This document shows positions 8,725 through 18,324 of a stretch of DNA of 32,000 nt, one piece after another. Source of the DNA: Corynebacterium amycolatum (lineage in GTDB: Bacteria > Actinomycetota > Actinomycetes > Mycobacteriales > Mycobacteriaceae). The notes below the pieces were generated by a model. The model saw only the letters and a program-made list of their open reading frames with translations. It was not told where the DNA came from and ran no database searches. Location of the stretch: assembly GCF_049243625.1 (NCBI RefSeq), contig NZ_CP046975.1; one strand, written 5' to 3'. A program made the position numbers and the translations under genes. Within the stretch, counting starts at the first letter, position 1, and each line of letters begins with the position of its first letter.

Positions 8725-9294
8725 ATGCCAACTATTCGGACTGAAAACGCAACACCGAGCTTTTTTGAGAAGCTAGAAGTCCGGCGAGAAGCAAAATACA
8801 CAAAGCGCGTCGAGCAGATGTCAGGCTGGCTGACTAATTGGCGCAACCAGGCGGCGCGGCGGAAGCTGGTCATCGCATTCGAGGTGTGCCTTGTGCTGAT
8901 GCTGCTGAGCGGCATCGCACTTCTCGGCACTCTGACCAACATTTTCCCGGACTGGCTTTCTATGTTCTGGCCCGCGACTTCCCTCATAATGATCTTTGTC
9001 TGGACCAGCCTCAACATCACAGTCGACATGGTTGACAGCGCACCCATCTCACTACTGGACGAGTACCAGCAAGAACAAATTTTGAACCTGCGCGGACTCA
9101 CTTACCGCTGCTTCCTCTACTTCGGCCTAGTGTCCTTCCTCGCTCTAGTTCTGGTGGGCACCTATGTTCTGAACGCACAGCCTGACTGGGGACACTACAT
9201 TCCGTACAGCTTCGGAATCTTCGGCATCGTCATCTTTCTTTTCATTTCCACACTGCCCACCGTCGTCTACGCCTGGAATCTGCGGGACGACTAG
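8725..9294 (+). CDS. Integral membrane protein of unknown function (about 4 TM helices), coupled to the XRE regulator
   Basis: ATG 8725 lies 2 nt after the regulator stop (TGA 8720-8722), with AAGGAAAG upstream. The protein MPTIRTENATPSFFEKLEVRRE... is followed by four hydrophobic stretches. The track ORF 8632-9294 has a 31-codon 5' extension that overlaps the regulator. Confidence 0.7.
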   Translation: MPTIRTENATPSFFEKLEVRREAKYTKRVEQMSGWLTNWRNQAARRKLVIAFEVCLVLMLLSGIALLGTLTNIFPDWLSMFWPATSLIMIFVWTSLNITVDMVDSAPISLLDEYQQEQILNLRGLTYRCFLYFGLVSFLALVLVGTYVLNAQPDWGHYIPYSFGIFGIVIFLFISTLPTVVYAWNLRDD

Positions 9295-9359
9295 CCCGGG
9301 CCCAAATCTCACGCTCCCCCCCTCCCCTCTGCCCTTCACTCCTCAATCTAAGGATCACC

Positions 9360-10265
9360 ATGAACAGCCTCATTGTTGACGGGCTTGAGAAGTCCTACGG
9401 AGACCTGCAGGTTCTCCGTGGCATGAGCTTCCAAGTCAACCCTGGAGAAATCTACGGTTTCGTCGGCTCCAACGGTGCCGGCAAGACCACCACCATGCGC
9501 ATTGCCCTCGGCGTGCTGGCCACCGATAAAGGCGAAGTGCGCATCGGCAATACCCCGATGAATGACTCGCTACGCCGCACGATTGGCTACATGCCAGAAG
9601 AACGCGGTCTCTACCCGAAGGCTGAAGTCCGCAAGCAGCTGATCTACTTTGCTCGCTTGCACGGTGTGCCCACCAAGCGCGCGGAGTCCAACGCCGATAA
9701 CTTGTTGGCACGCCTCGGTCTCACCGAGCGCGCCAACGACAAGGTCGACACGCTCTCGCTCGGCAATCAGCAGCGCGTGCAGCTGGCAGCCTCCCTCGTC
9801 CACGACCCGGAGGTACTCGTCCTCGACGAGCCTTTCTCTGGCCTCGACCCAGTTGCGGTCAAGGTGATGAGCTCGGTCCTCAAAGAGTACGCCGACCGCG
9901 GCACCCCAATCGTGTTTTCCTCTCACCAGCTCGACCTCGTCGAGCGCATGTGTGACCGCGTCGGCATCATCCGCGACGGCCGCATGCTCGTGGAAGGCAC
10001 CGTTGATGAGCTGCGCGCACGTGGCCCACGGGCTTTCGTCGTCAAGCTCGATGGTGCGTCCCAGGATTGGGCGGCCTCTGTCGAAGGCGTAACAAGCGTG
10101 GAGCGCGAGGCCCACGGCTCCACCGTCGTTCACCTCGATTCCGACGCCCCAGCCGACACCGACCAGAAGCTGCTGCACAGCGCAATGGCAGCGGGAACGG
10201 TCCGTTCGTTCGGACCTCTGCAAATTCCACTTACCGAGCTCTACCAGGAGGCCGTACAGCAATGA
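9360..10265 (+). CDS. ABC transporter ATP-binding protein (ABC-2/NatA-like)
   Basis: Walker A GSNGAGKTT, signature LSLGNQQR, Walker B VLVLDEPFSGLD, H-loop SSHQL. Confidence 0.9.
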   Translation: MNSLIVDGLEKSYGDLQVLRGMSFQVNPGEIYGFVGSNGAGKTTTMRIALGVLATDKGEVRIGNTPMNDSLRRTIGYMPEERGLYPKAEVRKQLIYFARLHGVPTKRAESNADNLLARLGLTERANDKVDTLSLGNQQRVQLAASLVHDPEVLVLDEPFSGLDPVAVKVMSSVLKEYADRGTPIVFSSHQLDLVERMCDRVGIIRDGRMLVEGTVDELRARGPRAFVVKLDGASQDWAASVEGVTSVEREAHGSTVVHLDSDAPADTDQKLLHSAMAAGTVRSFGPLQIPLTELYQEAVQQ

Positions 10266-11527
10266 GCACCAACACTTACAACGCCTCAACGGCCGTCAAG
10301 ACCGTTTTCGTCCGCGAACTCCGCGAGCATCTACTGAAGAAGAGCTCGCTGATCACGCTCATCATCATGGCAGTGGCGGTCGTCGGCGGTATCTTCGTTG
10401 CCGACTACATGACTTCCAAGTCCGATAATGACGCTGTCAAGATCGCGGTTGTCGGAGAAGCGCCGTTCGCGGACTCTCTCGCCGACGCCACCGCCGAAAT
10501 GAAGGACGCTGAAGACGCGGACGCCGCAGCCGGCGCATTTTCCACGGCATCACTGTCACCGTTGGAGACTACGTCCGCTGCAGACGACAAGGCCGCTCGC
10601 GCTGCCGTCACCGACGGCGATGCCGACGCCGCTCTCGTCCCCGACACGGCAGAAGGCAGGGAAGGGTCGTGGAAACTGCTTGCCGACGACGCCCCATCCT
10701 GGCTAGCCCCAATGCTGCAGGAGTCGCTGCAGAAACAGAACGAAGCCATGCTGCTCAGCGAAAACGGAATCAACCCCGGCGAGTTTTTCTCCAAGACTCA
10801 AAGCGCAGTCGTGTCGGTGGAATCCCTGGATGAAGCAAAAGACGAGAAGATGCCTGCGATGCTCATCACGCTAATCGGTGTGATGGTCATGATGACCGCC
10901 ATCCTCGTCTTCGGTGGCGCAGTTGCCACCAGCGTCATCGAGGAGAAGTCCTCCCGCGTCATCGAGATCATTCTCTCGACAGTCCGCCCGGCGCACCTGT
11001 TGGCCGGCAAGATCCTCGGCGCCGGTCTGGCCGGCATCATCATGATGAGTGTGCTGACCGCCAGCGCCGCAATTGCCCTCATGATTACCGGATTGGCGGA
11101 GAGCTTCGACGTCCCGTGGTCCGCAGTCTGGCTGCTGGTCCCGTGCTTCATCCTCGGTTACTTCTTCTTCGCAGCGCTGTATGCAGCCTCCGCATCACTG
11201 GTCAGCCGCATGGAAGATTTCCAGGGCGCACAGATGCCGGTACTGGTGTTCTCGCTGATTACGATGTATGTTCCGCTGTTTGGCTGGAGCAAGCTGGACT
11301 CTACCGTCATGCAGATTGCCTCGTGGATTCCGCCGGTTTCCATCACCACCGCTCCGTTGCAGTATGCCGTTGGCAACTTCTCCGCACTCCAGTTGGTTGC
11401 CTCACTGCTAATCATGGTTGTGGGAGTAGCCGCAGTCATCGCACTCGCAGCCTGGATCTACCCGCGCAATGTCCTGCGCACCGGTGCCGCGGTCAGCTGG
11501 AAGAAGGCCCTAACGGCCAAGAGCTAG
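10262..11527 (+). CDS. ABC-2 family transporter permease (NatB-like) with a large extracytoplasmic loop after TM1
   Basis: ATG 10262 overlaps the ATPase stop (ATGA). MSTNTYNASTAVKTVFVRELREHLLKKSSLITLIIMAV..., then an acidic loop of roughly 190 aa and five C-terminal TM helices. The track ORF 10067-11527 carries an Arg-rich 65-codon extension that I reject. Confidence 0.85.
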   Translation: MSTNTYNASTAVKTVFVRELREHLLKKSSLITLIIMAVAVVGGIFVADYMTSKSDNDAVKIAVVGEAPFADSLADATAEMKDAEDADAAAGAFSTASLSPLETTSAADDKAARAAVTDGDADAALVPDTAEGREGSWKLLADDAPSWLAPMLQESLQKQNEAMLLSENGINPGEFFSKTQSAVVSVESLDEAKDEKMPAMLITLIGVMVMMTAILVFGGAVATSVIEEKSSRVIEIILSTVRPAHLLAGKILGAGLAGIIMMSVLTASAAIALMITGLAESFDVPWSAVWLLVPCFILGYFFFAALYAASASLVSRMEDFQGAQMPVLVFSLITMYVPLFGWSKLDSTVMQIASWIPPVSITTAPLQYAVGNFSALQLVASLLIMVVGVAAVIALAAWIYPRNVLRTGAAVSWKKALTAKS

Positions 11528-11551
11528 TCCCAGCCCTGCCAAAAAAGGAGC

Positions 11552-11569
11552 GTGGCCCCCTTCGGCCAC
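11552..11569. terminator. Weak hairpin between the convergent permease and rbsK genes
   Basis: GTGGCC / GGCCAC stem with a 6-nt loop. It is preceded by AAAAAAGG, which gives CCTTTTTT a few nt after the stem on the minus strand. Confidence 0.35.
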
Positions 11570-11619
11570 AGTCACCTAAAACCGAATACTCATCAATCGC
11601 GTAGTTTGCTCAGCGCACC

Positions 11620-12606
11620 TTATAGACCGTGGTCCGCCGCAAACTGCGCGATTTTTCCTGTCTCGCCATAAGAGGTCTGCGCCCCCACGCCTGTCGCCGC
11701 ATGAGCCGAGACCACCGCCGCAAGACGAGCTGCCGTCACCACATCATCGCCCGCGGCCAACGCGGTGAGGACCGTGCCCATGTACGCATCACCGCAGCCC
11801 GTGGTATCCACGACCTCGATGGGCAGCGCCGGAATGCGTGTGACTGACACCTCGCTTTCCGACGTCCTCAGGACCGCAGACCCCTCCCCACCAAGTGTGA
11901 CAATGGCCGTGGAAATCCCGTGTTCGTCGGCAAGCGCGCGACCAACCGCGTCCCACTGACCGTGCTCGCAGCCGGCGACCGCGCGCTCGCAGCCGATTAT
12001 GGCTGCGAGTTCGTGCTCATTGACAATGAGGACATCGACCAGCGCGAGCAGATCCTCACTGACCGCCCGAATCGGCGACAGGTTGAACACCACCGGCACG
12101 CCCGCATCGTGGGCAATCTGCGCGGCGGCCAGGACCGCCTCATCACAAATCTCCAGACACAGACCGAGGCACCCCGCCCGCTGAATCTTGTCCGCATGAC
12201 TGCGAACCGTCTCAGCATCGACTTCACCATTGGCGCCAGCGGAGATGACAATGAAATTCTCCGCCGCATCATCAACAACAATCATGGCTGTGCCAGTGGC
12301 AGAGTCGACGGTCTCAACTGCGGAGATGTCCACGTGAGCGTCGGTAAGCGCGTCGCGCAGCAACTGTGCGTTGGGATCCGAACCGACCGCGCCGACCAGT
12401 TCCACGGCCGCGCCCAGCCTGCCAGCCGTCGCCGCCTGATTCGCCGACTTACCGCCCGGCAGAATACGCAAGGGACTCCCCTCGATAGTCTCACCACCAT
12501 GCGGCAGGCGCTTCACAGTGACAGTCAGGTCTGCGTTGATGGAACCGACGACACATACGTTTGGCCGCTGATTAGCCAGCTCGGTGAGGCGCTCAGTAAT
12601 CGGCAT
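11620..12606 (-). CDS. rbsK: Ribokinase (PfkB carbohydrate kinase family)
   Basis: VCVVGSINADL, PGGKSANQA and the PfkB signature VVDTTGCGDAY. Start moved to ATG 12604-12606 (MPITERL...) with GAGGAG 8 nt upstream. The track ORF begins 14 codons earlier at 12648. Confidence 0.85.
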   Translation of the reverse strand: MPITERLTELANQRPNVCVVGSINADLTVTVKRLPHGGETIEGSPLRILPGGKSANQAATAGRLGAAVELVGAVGSDPNAQLLRDALTDAHVDISAVETVDSATGTAMIVVDDAAENFIVISAGANGEVDAETVRSHADKIQRAGCLGLCLEICDEAVLAAAQIAHDAGVPVVFNLSPIRAVSEDLLALVDVLIVNEHELAAIIGCERAVAGCEHGQWDAVGRALADEHGISTAIVTLGGEGSAVLRTSESEVSVTRIPALPIEVVDTTGCGDAYMGTVLTALAAGDDVVTAARLAAVVSAHAATGVGAQTSYGETGKIAQFAADHGL

Positions 12607-12714
12607 TGGTTCGACTCCTCGGTAGTGCGGACATGTTTTTTCCGACAATAGCGCTACCCCTTTCCGCCCACCATCAACTAAGCCGGTTTACCCCTTGTTT
12701 ACTACCGTGGAGGT

Positions 12715-14196
12715 ATGGCTAGAATCAGCGCCCAACAAGTAATAGATACCGTCCTCGACCACGGAAGTTTCACATCCTGGGACGGCGCGCCCGAGCACGG
12801 TGACATCGACGAGGCCTACCGCGGCACACTGTCCCGCGCCTCTGATAAAACAGGTCTCGATGAGGCCGTTATCACCGGCGAAGGCACCGTCGGCGGCAAG
12901 CGCGTCGCCGTCATCTGTTCTGAGTTCGGCTTCCTCGGCGGTTCTATCGGCACCGCTACCGCTCGCCGGATTATCCGCAGCATCGAGCGCGCGACCGCGG
13001 AGCAGCTGCCGCTGTTGCTCTCACCAACCTCGGGCGGCACTCGCATGCAGGAGGGCACCGCGGCGTTCGCGCTCATGATCTCTATTACCACCGCAGTGGC
13101 GCGCCACAAGGATTCTCACTTGCCCTTCCTGGTGTACCTGCGCAATCCCACCACCGGCGGTGTCATGGCGTCGTGGGGGTCGGCAGGTCACTTCACTTTC
13201 GCAGAGCCCGGCGCGCTTCTCGGCTTCCTCGGCCCGCGCGTCGTCGAGCTCGCTACCGGCGAACCCATGCCCGAAGGCGTTCAGACCTCCGAGAACCTGT
13301 TCAAGCAGGGCATTATCGACGGCATCATTCCGCTCGAAGGTCTGCGCGGCGCTGTCCGCCGCACCATCGACGTGCTTGCCGACGGAGACCCCAGCGAACC
13401 CACCCCACCGCCAGCAGCAGCCATTGATGGTCGCGATACCTGGGAAGCTATCCTGCGCACCCGCGATACTTCTCGTCCAGGTGGCGGCGATATTATCGAT
13501 GCCCTTGTCGACTGCTCCGTGCCAATCTCCGGCACTGGCGATGGCCACAAATCGCTGTCGGTCCGGGCTCGCCTAGCGCGGATTGGTGAGCGGCCGGTGA
13601 TTTTGGTCGCCCAGGACCGGCATAACCAGCCGCCGCTGGGCACACACCCAATGGGGCCGGGTTCGCTGCGTTTTGCCCGCCGCGCGATGCGCATTGCGGA
13701 GAGCCTGAACATTCCGCTGGTCACGGTCATTGATACCCCCGGCGCTGAGTTGACCAAAGATGCCGAGGAAAATGCCATGGCCGGCGAGATTGCCCGCACC
13801 TTGACCACGCTGGTGAACTTGAAGGTCCCGACCGTGTCTCTCATTCTCGGCCAGGGCTGCGGTGGTGGCGCGCTGGCCATGCTGCCCTCTGACCGCGTGC
13901 TGGCAATGCACGATGCCTGGATGTCTCCGTTGCCGCCGGAGGGTGCTTCGGCGATTATCTACCGAGACACCGAGCATGCTCCAGAAATGATGGAGGAACA
14001 GGGCGTTGGCGCCGAGGCCATGCTGAAGACCGGGGTCATCGACGAGATCGTGGCCGAACCTGCGGATCCGGCCGAACTGCCCCGCCGTGCCCTGAGCGCT
14101 ATCGAGCACGCCCTCTGGGAACTGGAGAAGAACCCGGCTCGCGTTGGCCGTGAGCAACGTTTCGACCACTACCGTCGCTTCGCACTGGGTGAGTAG
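12715..14196 (+). CDS. accDA: Acetyl-CoA carboxylase-type carboxyltransferase, fused beta/alpha subunits (AccDA/AccD3-like)
   Basis: 493 aa with two carboxyltransferase halves (…GGSIGTATARRI… and …LILGQGCGGGALAM…). GGAGG lies just upstream of the ATG. No N-terminal Cys4 zinc finger. The position next to fkpA-gltA matches C. glutamicum accDA (from memory). Confidence 0.85.
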   Translation: MARISAQQVIDTVLDHGSFTSWDGAPEHGDIDEAYRGTLSRASDKTGLDEAVITGEGTVGGKRVAVICSEFGFLGGSIGTATARRIIRSIERATAEQLPLLLSPTSGGTRMQEGTAAFALMISITTAVARHKDSHLPFLVYLRNPTTGGVMASWGSAGHFTFAEPGALLGFLGPRVVELATGEPMPEGVQTSENLFKQGIIDGIIPLEGLRGAVRRTIDVLADGDPSEPTPPPAAAIDGRDTWEAILRTRDTSRPGGGDIIDALVDCSVPISGTGDGHKSLSVRARLARIGERPVILVAQDRHNQPPLGTHPMGPGSLRFARRAMRIAESLNIPLVTVIDTPGAELTKDAEENAMAGEIARTLTTLVNLKVPTVSLILGQGCGGGALAMLPSDRVLAMHDAWMSPLPPEGASAIIYRDTEHAPEMMEEQGVGAEAMLKTGVIDEIVAEPADPAELPRRALSAIEHALWELEKNPARVGREQRFDHYRRFALGE

Positions 14197-14203
14197 GGGG
14201 CCG

Positions 14204-14239
14204 GGGGCTGGTTTGGGCCTGGTTCAGGCCTTCAGCCCC
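14204..14239 (+). terminator. Nested GC-rich hairpin downstream of accDA (no U-tract)
   Basis: Outer stem GGGGCTG (14204-14210) / CAGCCCC (14233-14239). Inner stem GGCCTG (14216-14221) / CAGGCC (14225-14230). Confidence 0.5.
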
Positions 14240-14259
14240 ACCCCAATCTCAGAAAGCAA

Positions 14260-14330
14260 GAAAGTGACTGGGTTTATGGCACTTTTGGGCAAATTTTCAC
14301 GCCTGAAGCGTCATAAACGCAGTCACTTTC
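14260..14330. repeat. Long palindromic intergenic element, copy 1; probable 3' hairpin/terminator of fkpA
   Basis: Arms GAAAGTGACTGgGTTTATG (14260-14278) and CATAAACgCAGTCACTTTC (14312-14330), 18/19 complementary, with a 33-nt spacer. On the minus strand it is followed by TTGCTTTCTG. The 18-mer GTCATAAACGCAGTCACT (14310-14327) is the exact reverse complement of 27577-27594. Confidence 0.75.
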
Positions 14331-14369
14331 TCCGCTGGAGATCCGGGGCCTTACTATCGGGGAGAAGTT

Positions 14370-14729
14370 TTACTTAACGTCCAACAAGTCGATGACAAAG
14401 ACCAGGGTCTTACCAGACAGGAAGTGTCCTGCACCAGCCGGGCCGTAAGCCTTCTCCGGCGGGCAAATCAGCTCGCGGCGACCGCCGACCTTCATGCCCG
14501 GAATGCCTTCCTGCCAACCGGCAATCAGACCGTTCAGCGGGAACTCGATGGACTGGCCGCGGTTCCAGGAAGAGTCGAACTCTTCACCAGTCTCGTAGTC
14601 AACACCCACGTAGTGGACCTCGACGCGAGCACCCGGGGTGGCCTCCTTGCCGTCACCGACAGTGAGGTCGTTGATGACGAGTTCCGTCGGAGCCGGACCG
14701 GACTTAGCAGTGAGTTCTGGCTTGGACAA
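14370..14729 (-). CDS. fkpA: FKBP-type peptidyl-prolyl cis-trans isomerase
   Basis: 119 aa. TTG start at 14729 with AGGAG 6 nt upstream. FKBP_C motifs VEVHYVGVDYETGEEFDSSW, FPLNGLIAGWQEGIPGMKVGGRRELICPPEKAYG. Confidence 0.9.
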   Translation of the reverse strand: MSKPELTAKSGPAPTELVINDLTVGDGKEATPGARVEVHYVGVDYETGEEFDSSWNRGQSIEFPLNGLIAGWQEGIPGMKVGGRRELICPPEKAYGPAGAGHFLSGKTLVFVIDLLDVK

Positions 14730-14822
14730 GACAATCTCCTATCACAGTTGGCATTTATCAAAGCTGGCAATTATTCCAACTTAAATGGACCCAACTCAAA
14801 TGGGGTTTCTTAAAATTCTAGG

Positions 14823-14871
14823 AAAAATAAAAGGCGCGTACCAACCTTTCGAAGACTAGTACGCGCCTTTT
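14823..14871 (-). terminator. Strong Rho-independent terminator of gltA
   Basis: 13-bp stem AAAAGGCGCGTAC (14829-14841) / GTACGCGCCTTTT (14859-14871). On the minus strand it is followed by ATTTTTCC. Confidence 0.85.
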
Positions 14872-14944
14872 CGCGTTTTCAACGCTGGACTTTTCTATGC
14901 TGAGCTACCTGCGAGGAACCCCTACGCGGTAATCGCCAAAAACC

Positions 14945-16240
14945 TTAGCGCTGGTCGCGCGGAACGAAGTCACGCTCGGTCTCGCCGGTGTAAATCTGGC
15001 GAGGACGGTTGATCTTCGATGCCGGGTCAGTGACCTGCTCGTTGAACTGAGCAATCCAGCCCGGGAGGCGGCCGATGGCAAACAGGACGGTGAAGAAGTC
15101 CGTCGGGAAGCCCATGGCGCGGTAAATCAGGCCGGTGTAGAAGTCAACGTTCGGGTAGAGCTTGCGGGAGACGAAGTAGTCATCAGCCAGTGCAATCTCT
15201 TCCAGCTTCATGGCCAGATCCAGCAGCTCGTCGCCACCGAGGTGCTCGAGCACGTCGTGAGCGGTCTTCTTAGCGATAGCTGCACGCGGGTCGTAGGACT
15301 TGTAGACGCGGTGACCGAAGCCCATCAGGCGGACGCCCGGCTCCTTGTTCTTTACGCGGTTCATGAACTCGGTAGCGTCGCCACCGTGGTTCTGCTGGAT
15401 GTCCTCGAGCATCTCCAGAACAGCCTGGTTAGCACCACCGTGCAGCGGGCCAGACAGAGCGTTGATACCAGCAGCGATGGAGACGAACATGGAAGCGCCG
15501 GAGGAAGCGACCATGCGGACGGTGGAGGTGGAGCAGTTCTGCTCGTGGTCAGCGTGCAGGATGAGCAGCTTGTCCAGAGCGTCAACCACAACCGGGTCAA
15601 CCTCGTAGTCAGCGGTCGGGTAACCGAACATCATGCGCAGGAAGTTCTCGCGAGCGTTCAGGTTGTTGTCCGGGTACATGTACGGCTCACCCTTGGATGC
15701 GCGGTAAGCGTATGCAGCCAGCATCGGAACCTTAGCCATCAGGCGAACTGCAGCCAGGTTACGCTGCTCTTCGTTCAGCGGATCCAGCTCGTCCTGGTAG
15801 TAGGAAGCCAGAATGTTGACCGAAGAAGCCAGGGTCTGCATCGGGTGTGCGCCACGCGGGAAGATGCTGAATGCGCGACGGAAGTCCTCGTCCAGCAGGG
15901 TGTGGTGACGAATGTCGTGGTTGAACTGTGCGATCTCTTCCTCAGATGGGAGGTGACCGTGAATCAACAGGTAGGAAACCTCGTTGAAGGTGGCCTTCTC
16001 AGCCAGCTGCTCAATCGGGTAACCGCGGTAGCGCAGGATGCCGTTACCGCGGTCGATGTAAGTGATCTTGGACTCGGTAGAACCGGTGGCGGTGTAGCCC
16101 GGGTCGAAGGTGGTCAGTCCAGTTTCCTGGAGCATCTTGCCCAGAGCAATACCGTCGTTACCCTCGGTTGCCTTGACGATGTCCATCTCGAACTCGCCGC
16201 CCGGGTAGTGGAGTACAGCCTTGCCGTCTTTAGTAGCCAC
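14945..16240 (-). CDS. gltA: Citrate synthase (type II)
   Basis: 431 aa, near-collinear with the corynebacterial GltA I remember: KAVLHYPGGEFEMDI..., LILHADHEQNCSTSTVRM, GPLHGGANQAVLEML, LMGFGHRVYK, NVDFYTGLIYRAMGFPTDFFTVLFAIGRLPGWIA. Confidence 0.97.
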   Translation of the reverse strand: MATKDGKAVLHYPGGEFEMDIVKATEGNDGIALGKMLQETGLTTFDPGYTATGSTESKITYIDRGNGILRYRGYPIEQLAEKATFNEVSYLLIHGHLPSEEEIAQFNHDIRHHTLLDEDFRRAFSIFPRGAHPMQTLASSVNILASYYQDELDPLNEEQRNLAAVRLMAKVPMLAAYAYRASKGEPYMYPDNNLNARENFLRMMFGYPTADYEVDPVVVDALDKLLILHADHEQNCSTSTVRMVASSGASMFVSIAAGINALSGPLHGGANQAVLEMLEDIQQNHGGDATEFMNRVKNKEPGVRLMGFGHRVYKSYDPRAAIAKKTAHDVLEHLGGDELLDLAMKLEEIALADDYFVSRKLYPNVDFYTGLIYRAMGFPTDFFTVLFAIGRLPGWIAQFNEQVTDPASKINRPRQIYTGETERDFVPRDQR

Positions 16241-16793
16241 AACTTCCCTTTCACAGAAAAATTCTTCTTAACGACTCCAGAGTGCGGGGGAAGCAGGCAC
16301 AGCGGAAAACAGCATGCTGCCTCCCAACTCCACGCCACCCCTTCGGGGTCGCATTGTTTCCAATGATTCAATTATGCGCGACATTTGCGTTCCATTGCAT
16401 CTTGTCCAGTGAAAAAGTTTGCTTAGTTCACATCGACCGTGTCGTAACCATAAAGAACCGACACCTGCAGTGGATTAGAACACACAATATCAAAGAGTGT
16501 GAGCAGCGCAACACCCTCTACCCCATTCGGGCAGCCTGGGCTTACCCAATCTTGACCCCTCTTCACCCTGAAATGCAAATGAAAAAACGGGTTTATTACG
16601 TTGTCACTGCTCATTTACTAACCAGGAGGCCAGGAGCACATTCGACAGCCGATGTCTTTAAAAGTTCAAAAGTCATCGAACCAACGCCCGAAAACACATC
16701 GACTAAATCCACAATAATCCACCCCTCCCTGCCCACCAGAGGCCCCACATCGCTAAGTTTTCAACGCCAACAAAACTGGAAAAAAATTCTTCG

Positions 16794-16806
16794 CAAACTT
16801 TGCAAA
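16794..16806. promoter_or_regulatory. RamB-type operator (CAAACTTTGCAAA)
   Basis: 12/13 match to the C. glutamicum RamB box A(A/G)AACTTTGCAAA. It lies in the 724-bp gltA-serC divergent region. Two further ACTTTG cores sit at 16932-16937 and 16943-16948. Confidence 0.5.
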
Positions 16807-16949
16807 TACGTCAATCCACCCTGTTTTGTTATGCAAAGTACGGAAGCGGGGGCAATTGAACCCCACCCTTTTGCGATAAGTACCCCCGATTACCGCTAGA
16901 GTTTGAAGACAACGGCTGTATATCAAGCTTCACTTTGAATGCACTTTGA

Positions 16950-18101
<1,152 letters not shown>

Positions 18102-18209
18102 TAGCAGAGCAGCTAGCAGCATGGCAGCTGCCAAGTAGCGGCATGGCCACTGCAAAAGTAACGCCAAATTAGTCGCAAAGCAGCCGCCTTTTACCGGCCT
18201 CAGCCGCTT

Positions 18210-18272
18210 AACTCCCGCGCCACGCGCAAGGGCATTGCCCCAATTGTCCGTGACGCGGGAGTTTTGTCGTTT
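18210..18272 (+). terminator. Terminator downstream of serC (long-loop hairpin plus T-tract)
   Basis: 10-bp stem AACTCCCGCG (18210-18219) / CGCGGGAGTT (18254-18263), followed by TTGTCGTTT. The 34-nt loop contains a small GGGC/GCCC hairpin. Confidence 0.55.
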
Positions 18273-18324
18273 ACCATGATTAGTGAGCATTACTTATAAC
18301 GTCGACCAACAAGGAGGTTCTCGC

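Noticed and set aside
10067-10261. 65-codon N-terminal extension of the ABC-2 permease ORF, and the 31-codon extension of the membrane-protein ORF at 8632-8724
   Set aside because: Both extensions overlap the preceding genes in another frame and are Arg/Pro-rich. They are superseded by internal ATGs with coupling geometry: the ATGA overlap, and an ATG 2 nt after the stop with an SD.
14144-14377. 77-aa ORF spanning the accDA-fkpA intergenic region and the palindromic element
   Set aside because: It overlaps the accDA 3' end, runs through the terminator hairpins and the palindrome, and has no SD or coding-like composition.
15242-16366. 374-aa plus-strand ORF antisense to gltA. Similar long antisense ORFs include 16923-17819 (opposite serC), 26698-27462 (opposite rpf), 22996-23928, 21334-22248, 21569-22597, 9570-10289, 11920-12651, 13281-13880, 13573-14169, 18913-19590 and 29233-29817.
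   Set aside because: Each lies fully opposite a gene with unmistakable homology-type signatures. The products are Arg/Ser/Val/His-rich and repetitive with no motifs. This is the classic shadow-ORF artefact of GC-rich DNA with GC3-biased codons.
16845-16875. GGGGG-CAATTGAA-CCCC hairpin followed by TTTTG upstream of serC, considered as an attenuator or the end of an sRNA
   Set aside because: The stem is only 4-5 bp with a short T-run, which is too weak to call. It may instead be one of the RamA-like C-tracts.
16282-16899. 205-aa ORF filling the gltA-serC intergenic region
   Set aside because: It is AT-rich with atypical codon usage. The product is rich in Cys, His, Trp and Lys with no motif, and there is no SD. 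The region is better explained as a large regulatory region, as at C. glutamicum gltA.
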